A program made the position numbers and the translations under genes. A stretch of DNA of 64,000 nucleotides. Source: Oscillospiraceae bacterium. Lineage in GTDB: Bacteria; Bacillota; Clostridia; Oscillospirales; JAVBQB01. Below the pieces are notes generated by a model. It saw nothing but the letters and a program-made list of their open reading frames with translations, did no database searches and was not told the DNA's origin. Where the stretch lies: contig JAVBQB010000003.1 in assembly GCA_031549265.1 (NCBI GenBank), positions 20,400 through 84,399 of the forward strand, written 5' to 3'. Every line of letters begins with the position of its first letter. Positions within the stretch are counted from its first letter, which is position 1. Shown piece by piece: positions 1 to 8,659 of this stretch.

Positions 1-1040
1 TCGCCGACTGCCTGAAAAAAATTGAGAGCTCGTCGCGCCATCTGCTCGGAATCATTAACGACATCCTCGATATGTCTAAAATAGAGGCGGAAAAATTCGA
101 GCTGAATTACGACGCGCTGAACCTGTCCGCCCTGCTCGAGAATATACACAACATCCTCGCCAGCCGCGCCGAGGAAAAGAGCCAGACGTTCACCATTTAT
201 GTGGACGACGACGTGCCGGACGCGATGATTACAGACGAGCTTCGCCTGTCGCAGGTCATCACCAACCTGCTCAGCAACGCGATCAAGTTCACTCCCGAGC
301 GCGGAGAAATCAGTTTGCTGATACAGGCCATCGAGAGCGACGATAATCGCGTCGTGCTGAAATTCTCGGTTATCGATACGGGAATCGGTATTAAAGATGA
401 GCTGCTGGCCAAGCTCTTTAACGCGTTTGAGCAGCTTGACCGCGGAGTGTCGCGCAGGTTCGGCGGCACCGGTCTCGGACTCACAATCTGCAAGCGGATA
501 ATTCAGCTGATGGGCGGAGACATTACAGTCGAGAGCATAGTCGGCAAGGGAAGCGTCTTCAGCTTCTCCATCGAGGTGGAAAAGTGCATTCCGCCGGAAA
601 ACACCGCTGCCGCTGCGCATGAGTACGACGACCTGCCTGACTTCAGCGGTTTCAGCATCCTGCTCGCCGAGGATGTGGAGATTAACCGCGAGATCGTTAT
701 CGCGCTGCTGGAGGATACGAATATCTCGATTGACTGCGCGCAAAACGGCGTCGAGGCGATCAACATGTATTCCGCCTGCCCGGACAAATACGCGATGATA
801 TTCATGGACATCCACATGCCCAGCATAGACGGGTATGAGGCAACCCGGCAGATCCGCCTTCTCGACCCGACGCGCGCCAAGACCGTCCCCATCATCGCGA
901 TGACCGCCAACGCCTTCTTCGAAGACATCCAGCAATGTCTGGAGGCCGGAATGAACGATCACATCGCGAAGCCCATCGACATTGACGAGGTTCTTTTCAA
1001 GATGCGCAAGTACATAATCGGTGAGAAGGGCACGGATTGA
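1..1040 (+). CDS. hybrid sensor histidine kinase, N-terminus outside window (HisKA tail + HATPase_c + receiver)
   Basis: Frame 3 is open from base 3. Translation shows LLGIINDILDMSKIEA (HisKA helix), N-box QVITNLLSNAIKFTP, and G-boxes DTGIGI and GGTGLGLTICK. The receiver follows: ILLAEDVEINREI, FMDIHMPSIDG, IAMTANAF, KPID. Stop at 1038-1040. Confidence 0.9.
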   Translation, partial: ADCLKKIESSSRHLLGIINDILDMSKIEAEKFELNYDALNLSALLENIHNILASRAEEKSQTFTIYVDDDVPDAMITDELRLSQVITNLLSNAIKFTPERGEISLLIQAIESDDNRVVLKFSVIDTGIGIKDELLAKLFNAFEQLDRGVSRRFGGTGLGLTICKRIIQLMGGDITVESIVGKGSVFSFSIEVEKCIPPENTAAAAHEYDDLPDFSGFSILLAEDVEINREIVIALLEDTNISIDCAQNGVEAINMYSACPDKYAMIFMDIHMPSIDGYEATRQIRLLDPTRAKTVPIIAMTANAFFEDIQQCLEAGMNDHIAKPIDIDEVLFKMRKYIIGEKGTD

Positions 1041-1133
1041 CAGGTAAGCTCTCCGCGGTGACTCGGGACAATGCGCTTCTGAAAAATTGCCGCCGAACGG
1101 TGTTAAATTTTTCTCACAGCTTCTAAGACAAAT

Positions 1134-1208
1134 AAAAAAACAGCCGCACCCGTTTTCCGACCGGCATTTCGTAATGCCCCGGTCAAACGGCGTGCGGTTC
1201 TTATTTTT
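1134..1208. terminator. bidirectional rho-independent terminator between convergent kinase genes
   Basis: A-run 1134-1140. Outer stem CAGCCGCACCCGTTT (1141-1155) pairs with AAACGGCGTGCGGTT (1185-1199) with one bulge, and there is an inner hairpin GACCGGCATT/AATGCCCCGGTC. CTTATTTTT follows. Confidence 0.6.
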
Positions 1209-1217
1209 GCTGCTTTG

Positions 1218-2693
1218 TCATACATATTTCCGCAGCGACTCCACTACTTTTTCCTCTTCGAGCGGCTTGCTGATGTGCATATTCATACCGGACTCCAGCG
1301 CCATGTCGATATCTTCCCTGAACGCGTTGGCGGTCATGGCTACAATCGGCACTGTCTTTCCGCGCTCGCGCCCGCTCGAACGGATCCGTTTGGTCGCCGT
1401 GTAGCCGTCCATTTTCGGCATCTGCACGTCCATGAAAATGATGTCGTACAAATCCGGGTTCCGCTCAAAGAGACCGACGGCCTCCTCGCCGTCCCACGCT
1501 ACCTCCGTCGTGATGCCGGCCGTTTCCAGCATGCTCTGCAAAACAATCTGATTTATTTCAATATCTTCCACAATCAGCGCGGTTTTGCCCTCATACGACA
1601 GATCTGCGATATCCGGCGGCTCTTCCTCCGGCGGCTCTTCACGGGTGGCGGCGGCGTCCGTCGCGGATTTGCTCACAGCGCACGGCCAGCCGAAAGAGAA
1701 CTCGCTGCCCTTGCCGAACTCGCTCTCGACCGTTATGTTCCCGCCCGCCAGATTGACGATCTTTTGGGCGATAGCGAGGCCGAGTCCCGTGCCGCCGAAC
1801 CGCTTGGTAATGCTGCTGTCGGCTTGCTGGAAGGAGACAAATAATCTCTCCATTTGGTCGGGACTTATCCCGATTCCGTTGTCGCTGACCGAAAAACGAA
1901 GATTCACCGCGCCGGAACCCGCGGGATCGGAGTCGAGCTTCAGTATAATCCGCCCGCCGTCGTCAGTAAACTTGACCGCGTTTGAGAGCAGGTTCATCAG
2001 CACCTGCGTGATGCGGAACCGGTCTGCCAGAACCACGCCGGGGATGTGTTCCCCGATCTCAATACTAAGACTCTGCTTCTTTTTCTCGACTTCGCCCTTA
2101 ATCATCCGCCCGACGTCCTGGAGGAGTCTTTCCGGGCTGAACTCCTCGTTTGAAAGCTCCAGCTTTCCCGATTCGATCTTAGAGATATCAAGCACGTCGT
2201 TAATCAGGGACAGAAGGTGCCTTGACGAGATTTCCACCTGTTCCAGGCATTCCCTGATTTTGCCTGGATCATCCGACGATCTGGCGATCTGCGTCATTCC
2301 AATAATGGCGTTCATCGGCGTGCGGATCTCGTGGCTCATGTTTGACAGGAAGAGGCTTTTTGTCCGGCTCGCTGTTTCGGCGATCTGCCGTTCCTTTTTG
2401 ATCGAATTATACATCGGCACGAAAACAAATAGCATCCCGCACAGAACCACGATAGCGCCCGCGAAAAACAGCACCGTATATTTACCAAAGAAACCTGCGT
2501 TTTCAATTTGCAGCTCGCTAATGTATTGGGTCGGGACGCCGGAGCTGGTCATCTTTTGCTGATATCTTTGGAACATTTCCTCATTGTTCAAAAAACGAGA
2601 GAAGAGAATGATCGCGAAACCAACCGCAAAAAGCGCCAGCATCAATAATACGCTCGGGACAGGCAGTACACGTTTTCCTTTGCGTTTATCCAT
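1218..2693 (-). CDS. hybrid sensor histidine kinase (2 TM, HisKA, HATPase_c, receiver)
   Basis: The ORF runs 1218..2705; I prefer the ATG at 2693 over the in-frame TTG at 2705. Motifs: H-box [20 protein letters not shown]-box [13 protein letters not shown]-boxes DNGIGI and [15 protein letters not shown]: ALIVEDIEIN, FMDVQMPKMDG, VAMTANAF, SKP. Confidence 0.9.
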   Translation of the reverse strand: MDKRKGKRVLPVPSVLLMLALFAVGFAIILFSRFLNNEEMFQRYQQKMTSSGVPTQYISELQIENAGFFGKYTVLFFAGAIVVLCGMLFVFVPMYNSIKKERQIAETASRTKSLFLSNMSHEIRTPMNAIIGMTQIARSSDDPGKIRECLEQVEISSRHLLSLINDVLDISKIESGKLELSNEEFSPERLLQDVGRMIKGEVEKKKQSLSIEIGEHIPGVVLADRFRITQVLMNLLSNAVKFTDDGGRIILKLDSDPAGSGAVNLRFSVSDNGIGISPDQMERLFVSFQQADSSITKRFGGTGLGLAIAQKIVNLAGGNITVESEFGKGSEFSFGWPCAVSKSATDAAATREEPPEEEPPDIADLSYEGKTALIVEDIEINQIVLQSMLETAGITTEVAWDGEEAVGLFERNPDLYDIIFMDVQMPKMDGYTATKRIRSSGRERGKTVPIVAMTANAFREDIDMALESGMNMHISKPLEEEKVVESLRKYV

Positions 2694-3283
2694 CACATCA
2701 CCCAATATTCACTAATTAGCCAATTATACACGCACAAACGGCAGTTATCAAGATCGTGAGGAAATTTTTAGAAATTATTCGATAAAGAACATTTTCCGCC
2801 TGATAATAGCAACAATACACATTATAGACATAACTTTCACCGACTGGGCGCAAAAACACTTTACCGCGCCTATCGGACAAAACTAAAACAATTGCTATTC
2901 AAAACCGATACCGCCGCTCTCAAAAGCTTCGAAAAAGCGCAAATACAGTCGTTTTCCAGCTCCGCAATCCTCGGGAAAATCATGTCACATTGACCGCAAA
3001 TTGCCGGCGCGCTAACAAAAGTTAGTTATTTATGTATCATTTTGGCGTTTATTTTAGCTTTCTCCCGGCGTATAAAAATGTAGCTAAATCGACCGTCCAA
3101 CCGCTCTGCAAGTTAGGCAACGCCGCGCCCAACCATAATGTCCCACTGGTTTTGTAAGCTTCTCCCCAGAATAGCGCGCGCCGGGACAGACGCTCCGGCA
3201 GAACCGTTCCCACGCCGCCCGTCATTTTTGTGTCTTTTATTGCTTTTGCTTGCGGCAGAGGCATTAGAGCCAGAAATAAACGA

Positions 3284-3312
3284 TTGACTCGATACAGGTT
3301 ACTGCGTAGAAT
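3284..3312 (+). promoter_or_regulatory. sigma-70-like promoter for the 3376 kinase gene
   Basis: TTGACT (3284-3289), 17-nt spacer, TAGAAT (3307-3312), about 60 nt upstream of the ATG at 3376. Confidence 0.55.
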
Positions 3313-3375
3313 GAAAATAAATCTTACTAAAAAGGCTGCTCAGATTGAGTTATTTTGAGCTTTGTAAGGTACGTT

Positions 3376-6300
3376 ATGTTTAAAAAGCACTCTCTGAAAA
3401 CGAAAATGTTCTTTATGGCTTCTGCTGTCGCAGTCCTGGCTTTCGTGGTTGTCATCATTACGGTAACTTTTCACAGCTTCGAAACACAGAAGGCCGAGGC
3501 GTTCCTGCTCGCAAGAGAAATGGCCGAGAAATACATGAATGAAATCAAAGCCGAGCTGCAGGGTGCGCGCGTCACTTCGGAGACGCTTTCAACCGTGTTT
3601 GAAACAATGAAGGAGCACGAGCTGACCGACCGCGGGATAATGAACGCCATTCTCAAGGACGCGCTGGCAAGTAAGGAATACATTACGGCGTTCTGCATCG
3701 CCTATGAGCCCGACGCGCTTGACGGAAAGGACAGCTTCTACGCCGGCAAGCTCCCCGAATATGACGAAACCGGAAGGTACGCGCCATACTGGAACAAACT
3801 GAACAAAAACATCTCCGTTCAGCCGCTATACGATATCGACACCGCCGACTGGTACACCGTTCCCAAAGCTACGAAGCGCGAGTACATCACCGATCCTTAT
3901 CCCTATATGGTACAGGGCAAAGAAGTCATGATTACAAGCCTGATTTTCCCGATAATCCACAACGACAAGTTTATCGGCATAATTTCTTCCGACATCACGC
4001 TCGACAAGCTTCAGCAGATGGTCGCCGGGGTCAACACACGCGGAATAGGCGAGTTTACCGAGATTTATTCAAATTCCGGCACCGTCATCGCGCATCCTGA
4101 TCAGCGATATCTGACAAAGGACTTCTCTGAGCTTGTCGTTTATGACGATCTGACCGGCGACCCCGCCGCAGCCTCCGACGCGGCCGGGCGCATCCTGAAA
4201 TACCTCAGTGAATCCAAAGCCGGCGGCGCTGCTGTGTCCGCTAGCGACTTTGAGTCCCTCTCGAAGCTTGCGGACAATCTGCAAAAATTCGCTGCCGATC
4301 CTGACGGTACCGCGCTGGATATAACGCTGTTTACGACGGAAGCGGCGGACATCCTGCTGCGTGACAACCTCGAAGGCCAGCGGACCGCGGACGCGGTTAA
4401 AAGCGCCATCAAAAATGGCGAGGCCTATGTTTCCAACAGCCGTGAGTACTTTACCGTATTCATGCCGATCAAATTCAGCGAGTCAACCAACGCCTGGTCG
4501 GCGGCGGTCAGCTTTCCGATTGAGAAAGTTCTATCAAACGCCTACAGCATACGCGACTTTGTCATTTTCGTTTCGCTTCTCGCGACGCTGCTGCTGGCGG
4601 CATTGCTCTATTGGGTTGCCAGCCGCGTTACGAAGCCTATTCTGGTTCTGGCCAATACCGCCAAGAAGCTGGGCGATGGCGACTTTTGCGTTGACGTGCC
4701 GTTTTCCGCCAATAAGGACGAGATCGGCACCCTGGCGAGCGCGTTCAAGTCGATGGCCGAGAGAATCGACGAGCTGGTCTGTAAGCTGAAGAAGTACACA
4801 CGCGAACTGGAGGAAAAAAACGCTTACCTCAACAGCCTTAACGAACAACTGGTCATATCCTCGCAGCAGGCCGAGCAGTCCAGCCGGGCAAAAAGCGATT
4901 TTCTGTCCAACATGAGCCACGAGATGCGCACGCCGCTCAACGCCATCATCGGAATGACCTCGATCGGCAAAGCCTCTGACCATATTGAAAAAAAGGACAT
5001 TGCATTTTCGAGGATTGAAGACGCTTCGGCGCACCTGCTCGGCGTCATAAATGACGTGCTGGACATGTCCAAGATCGAGGCTAACAAACTCGACCTGTCA
5101 ATCGACGACTTCGATTTCTCCAAGATGCTGCGGCGCGCGGTCAGCTTCATCAGCTTCCGTATTCAGGAACGGCATCAAAAGTTTAAGGCGACTATAGACA
5201 GCGACATTCCGCGCGTGCTCAGGGGCGACGAACAGCGCCTCGCGCAGGTCATAACCAACCTGTTGTCCAACGCCGTCAAGTTCACGCCTGAGGGCGGCTC
5301 GATCTGGCTCGAGGCGCGGCTCATCGCCGAGACGGACACCGGGTGTACCCTCGAATTCCGGATCAGAGACTCGGGCATCGGCATCAGTCCGGAGCAGCAG
5401 GAACGGCTCTTTACCTCCTTCCAGCAGGCGGACAGCAGCACCTCGCGCAATTACGGAGGCACCGGCCTGGGGCTCGCGATATCCAAGCAGATCGTCGGGC
5501 TCATGGGCGGCAATATCGGCGTCGAATCCGAGCTTGGAGTCGGGGCGGTGTTTTACTTCACCGTCAGCATGAAGCGCGGCGGAGACGATCGGAAATACCA
5601 GCTGAACCCACCTTGCGGCTGTGATGCCGTCCGGATCCTCGTTGTGGACGGCGATGCCGAAGCGGTCGACTGCTTCAGGGGTATCTCGGGTGACCTCGGC
5701 ATATCGTGCGACGTGGCCTCCAGCAGCGGCAAGGCGGTTTCGCTGCTCGAGCGGAACATTTTCCACGATATTTATTTTGTCGACTCGCAAGTGGAAGGTA
5801 TCGGCGGCGTCGAACTGATAAAAATCATTAAAAGCAGATGTCCAGAGAAATCGGCGGTCATAATGGTTGCCGCCGACGACTGGAAGCAGATTTCGGACGA
5901 GGCGCGCCGCGCTGGCGCCGACTTCTTTCTCCAAAAACCGCTCTTCCGGCAGGATATCGCGGATTGCATCAACGAGTGCCTCAGCGCGTCGGGCAAGGAG
6001 TCCTCCGCGACCGAAATGCTGGGCGACGATCAAGTCTTTGCGGGCAAAGTCGCGCTGCTGGCCGAGGATGTGGAGATCAACCGCGAAATCGTGATAGCGG
6101 TGCTTGAACCGACTGAGATGGAAATTGACTGCGCCGAAAACGGCGAGCAGGCTCTGCGCATGTTCTCCGAAAATCCCGCAAGGTACGACATCATTCTTAT
6201 GGACATCCAGATGCCGAAAATGGACGGGCTGGAGACCACCCGCCGCATCCGCGCGATGGACGCGCCTAACGCTACGACCATTCCCATTATCGCGATGACC

Positions 6301-6417
6301 GCCAACGTATTCCGCGACGACGTGCAGCGGTGCGTCGACGCGGGCATGAACGATCATCTCGGCAAACCGCTTGACTTTGACCAGGTGCTGGATAAGCTGG
6401 GAAAATACCTGAAATAG
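3376..6417 (+). CDS. hybrid sensor histidine kinase (TM, Cache-like, TM, HAMP, HisKA, HATPase_c, two receiver domains)
   Basis: ATG at 3376 (the ORF opens at TTG 3355). The periplasmic region has Cache-like signatures (WYTVPK, ITDPYPY, FIGIISSDITLDKL). HAMP PILVLANTAKKLGDGDF, H-box FLSNMSHEMRTPLNAIIGM, G-boxes DSGIGI and [12 protein letters not shown]. Internal REC RILVVDGD...YFVDSQ...QKP, then terminal REC LLAEDVEINREI...LMDIQMPKMDG...KPLD. Confidence 0.9.
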   Translation: MFKKHSLKTKMFFMASAVAVLAFVVVIITVTFHSFETQKAEAFLLAREMAEKYMNEIKAELQGARVTSETLSTVFETMKEHELTDRGIMNAILKDALASKEYITAFCIAYEPDALDGKDSFYAGKLPEYDETGRYAPYWNKLNKNISVQPLYDIDTADWYTVPKATKREYITDPYPYMVQGKEVMITSLIFPIIHNDKFIGIISSDITLDKLQQMVAGVNTRGIGEFTEIYSNSGTVIAHPDQRYLTKDFSELVVYDDLTGDPAAASDAAGRILKYLSESKAGGAAVSASDFESLSKLADNLQKFAADPDGTALDITLFTTEAADILLRDNLEGQRTADAVKSAIKNGEAYVSNSREYFTVFMPIKFSESTNAWSAAVSFPIEKVLSNAYSIRDFVIFVSLLATLLLAALLYWVASRVTKPILVLANTAKKLGDGDFCVDVPFSANKDEIGTLASAFKSMAERIDELVCKLKKYTRELEEKNAYLNSLNEQLVISSQQAEQSSRAKSDFLSNMSHEMRTPLNAIIGMTSIGKASDHIEKKDIAFSRIEDASAHLLGVINDVLDMSKIEANKLDLSIDDFDFSKMLRRAVSFISFRIQERHQKFKATIDSDIPRVLRGDEQRLAQVITNLLSNAVKFTPEGGSIWLEARLIAETDTGCTLEFRIRDSGIGISPEQQERLFTSFQQADSSTSRNYGGTGLGLAISKQIVGLMGGNIGVESELGVGAVFYFTVSMKRGGDDRKYQLNPPCGCDAVRILVVDGDAEAVDCFRGISGDLGISCDVASSSGKAVSLLERNIFHDIYFVDSQVEGIGGVELIKIIKSRCPEKSAVIMVAADDWKQISDEARRAGADFFLQKPLFRQDIADCINECLSASGKESSATEMLGDDQVFAGKVALLAEDVEINREIVIAVLEPTEMEIDCAENGEQALRMFSENPARYDIILMDIQMPKMDGLETTRRIRAMDAPNATTIPIIAMTANVFRDDVQRCVDAGMNDHLGKPLDFDQVLDKLGKYLK

Positions 6418-6445
6418 CGCATCGTCCGGCGTTTATACTCAAAAC

Positions 6446-6490
6446 AAAGCTTCAGTCCTCCCTAAAACGGGTATGACTGAAGCTTTTTGC
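6446..6490. terminator. bidirectional terminator hairpin
   Basis: AAAGCTTCAGTC (6446-6457) and GACTGAAGCTTT (6475-6486) form a 12-bp stem with a 17-nt loop. A T-run follows, and AAAACAAA lies on the other side. It sits between convergent genes. Confidence 0.65.
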
Positions 6491-6510
6491 TATTCTGCTG
6501 CGCTGTAATG

Positions 6511-8523
6511 TCAGGTATTAAAGCCCAGCGAGCCCACCGCGTGCGCTATCGCGTTGGCGCCGAGGTAGACCGGGCTCCTCATCATCTCCACCATGCTGCG
6601 GTCCAGCTTGCAGGTGACCGAGATATCACCCTGCGCCCCGCGCCGCCTCGCTTCGTCGACAGCCATCTTTTTAGCCAGCTCCACAGCGTATTCCTCCGCC
6701 TCTTTGCTGGTGGCAAAGGTCTTGTTGCCTTCGCTGTGGTAAACGACAAAGCCCTTGACATGGTGGCGGCTGGAAACGGTGCCTATATCGACCGTGCATG
6801 TCGCGCTGATGTTGCCGAGGATGGCTCCCAGCGCGTTGGCGACGCCGTGGTATTCGGGCACGACCGCCTTAGTACCCAGCATCGCGGCGACTTCGTGAAT
6901 AAAGATATGGATGGGCGCTCCGATGCCGATCAGCGACATATTCGTCTGGAACATCGGCGTGATGAAGTCGTCGCGCCTGCCTGACGCCGCCTGGCGGTAG
7001 CTGTTGTTGATAAGCCGGATGACTTCATCGTCCACGCCGTTTTTCAGGTAGTGCTTTTTGCTGTTCTCAAGCAGCGCGATGACGATGTTCAGATAAATTT
7101 TGCGCCGCACTTCGTCATAAACCCAGTCGCAGAGCTGGTCAACCGTCCGCCAGACATTGACGGCAACGTGCTTCGCCCCGGCTATCGACGCCTCGACCGC
7201 GTAATTGGAAAAATCGCCTTTTATATGCATTATGTCGGTCGGGGTGAGTCCGCAGATCTGGACTATTCCCTCTTTGAGCAGACGCTTCACGTCGAGGTTG
7301 TAAATATCCCTGCCTACCGCTTCGGCGGCGGCGCGGAGAATCAGCGGCCCGTTTCGCAGCGCGCGGCAAAAGCGCTTTTCCTCCGCGGTATATTTTGACG
7401 AGTCCTCAATATCCTTGACCAGAATGAAATGCTCGTGCAGATAACGCGTATGCAGGCGCTCGCCCGCGGCGACGTTTTTCAGATTATCGATCATCTCCGG
7501 ATGGCTCGACGCCGCGACGCACAGCGGCACCACGCGGTAGTCCTCGAGAAACGGTTTGCCGTCGCGGTAGTGGATGGCGCTGTCGCCTCCGAGTCCAAAC
7601 GTACGGACGTACAGCCCGTCAACAAAGGTCTTCCATTTGCCGATGCGCACTCCGTCGGACACCGGGATCGGTTTGCCGTCCTTCATCAGCGCGATATCGG
7701 ACGTTGTTCCGCCCATATCGATTATTATGCTGTCGCTGTCGTCGGTCATGCGCGTGCCGCCGATGACGCTGGCGGCCGGGCCGCAAAGTATGGTTTCGAC
7801 CGGATGGTCGGACGCGAACTCTCGGTTCATCAGGCTGCCGTCGCTGCTGACAATCACGATCGAAGGGTCGATATTGCGGCTGGACAGCGCTGTTTTTATG
7901 GCGGCGAGGAACTCCTCAATGACTGACAGCAGCCTCGCGTTGAGCAGCGTACTGGCGCCGCGCTGCATACAGTTCAGCTTGGAGTACAGCTGCTGGCTGC
8001 ATATAACAGGCATGTCGAACTGCTCGCGGATAATCTCCTTCGCCTTCAGCTCGATCGCGCCCGCGTTTTTCATCGCGTAGAGCTCGATTATGCCGACGCT
8101 GTCCGCGTACTTCAGCTCGTCCTTTATATTCTCGCGGAAAAACTCCCAGTCCGGCTCACGCCTGGCCATGCCCGAAAAATCGGTGAAGCTCTCCTGTATA
8201 TACATCTCGTCGGACTTTGGCAATCCGTATTTCCCGCCTATCTCGTCCACATCGCGGGCGATTCCGCCGAAAAAGATCAGCTTTGAGTTACCGCCCTTGT
8301 CCTCGACGCACGCGTTGGTGGCCAGCGTCGTCGAGAGCGATATGATCTCGGCTTTTTCCAGCAATCCCTCCGGCAATTGATCGAGCGCGCCCATGATGCC
8401 GAGCGACAGGTCATTTTTGGTGGTCAGTGATTTCGCGCTGCCCAGAATCGTCTTGCTTTCTGAATCATACGCGATTGCGTCGGTGTATGTTCCGCCCGTA
8501 TCAATGCCAATGTGTATCCTCAT
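6511..8523 (-). CDS. hydantoinase/oxoprolinase family protein
   Basis: ATG with a GGAGGG RBS. N-terminus MRIHIGIDTGGTYTDAIAY (Hydant_A_N-like). Also GPAASVIGG and IIIDMGGTTSDIAL (hydantoinase A ATP-binding signatures). 670 aa. Confidence 0.8.
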   Translation of the reverse strand: MRIHIGIDTGGTYTDAIAYDSESKTILGSAKSLTTKNDLSLGIMGALDQLPEGLLEKAEIISLSTTLATNACVEDKGGNSKLIFFGGIARDVDEIGGKYGLPKSDEMYIQESFTDFSGMARREPDWEFFRENIKDELKYADSVGIIELYAMKNAGAIELKAKEIIREQFDMPVICSQQLYSKLNCMQRGASTLLNARLLSVIEEFLAAIKTALSSRNIDPSIVIVSSDGSLMNREFASDHPVETILCGPAASVIGGTRMTDDSDSIIIDMGGTTSDIALMKDGKPIPVSDGVRIGKWKTFVDGLYVRTFGLGGDSAIHYRDGKPFLEDYRVVPLCVAASSHPEMIDNLKNVAAGERLHTRYLHEHFILVKDIEDSSKYTAEEKRFCRALRNGPLILRAAAEAVGRDIYNLDVKRLLKEGIVQICGLTPTDIMHIKGDFSNYAVEASIAGAKHVAVNVWRTVDQLCDWVYDEVRRKIYLNIVIALLENSKKHYLKNGVDDEVIRLINNSYRQAASGRRDDFITPMFQTNMSLIGIGAPIHIFIHEVAAMLGTKAVVPEYHGVANALGAILGNISATCTVDIGTVSSRHHVKGFVVYHSEGNKTFATSKEAEEYAVELAKKMAVDEARRRGAQGDISVTCKLDRSMVEMMRSPVYLGANAIAHAVGSLGFNT

Positions 8524-8618
8524 CGGTTACCCTCCGCTTTGTTAATAAATACACAAAGATATTAGCATAAGCAAAGCGGATTTTCAATAGCTAACATGCG
8601 CTGTTAGTACTTTTTTCG

Positions 8619-8654
8619 ATAAAAAAGCCGGTTTCAGTTCTCACTAAAACCGGC
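8619..8654 (-). terminator. rho-independent terminator after the glycosyltransferase fusion gene
   Basis: On the minus strand, GCCGGTTT - 12-nt loop - AAACCGGC is followed by TTTTTT. It starts 6 nt past the stop at 8660. Confidence 0.65.
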
Positions 8655-8659
8655 AGTCT

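Noticed and set aside
3049-3264. 71-aa minus-strand ORF forming a GC-rich patch inside the AT-rich 650-bp spacer upstream of the 3376 kinase gene.
   Set aside because: There is no RBS before either in-frame ATG and I recognise no family. It may be a relic of an older gene, but I cannot support it as a CDS or as a known riboswitch.
5098-6357. Long antisense ORFs opposite well-supported genes. Examples: 5098-6357 (419 aa), 48865-50508 (547 aa), 24702-26042 (446 aa), 56051-57223 (390 aa), 33722-34843 (373 aa), 14296-15537 (413 aa), 21399-22361 and 61237-62229.
   Set aside because: Each lies entirely within a gene on the other strand that has clear domain motifs, an RBS and sensible boundaries. 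Their translations are Arg/Gly/Ala/Pro/His-rich with no motifs. That is the usual shadow-ORF artefact of GC-rich DNA.
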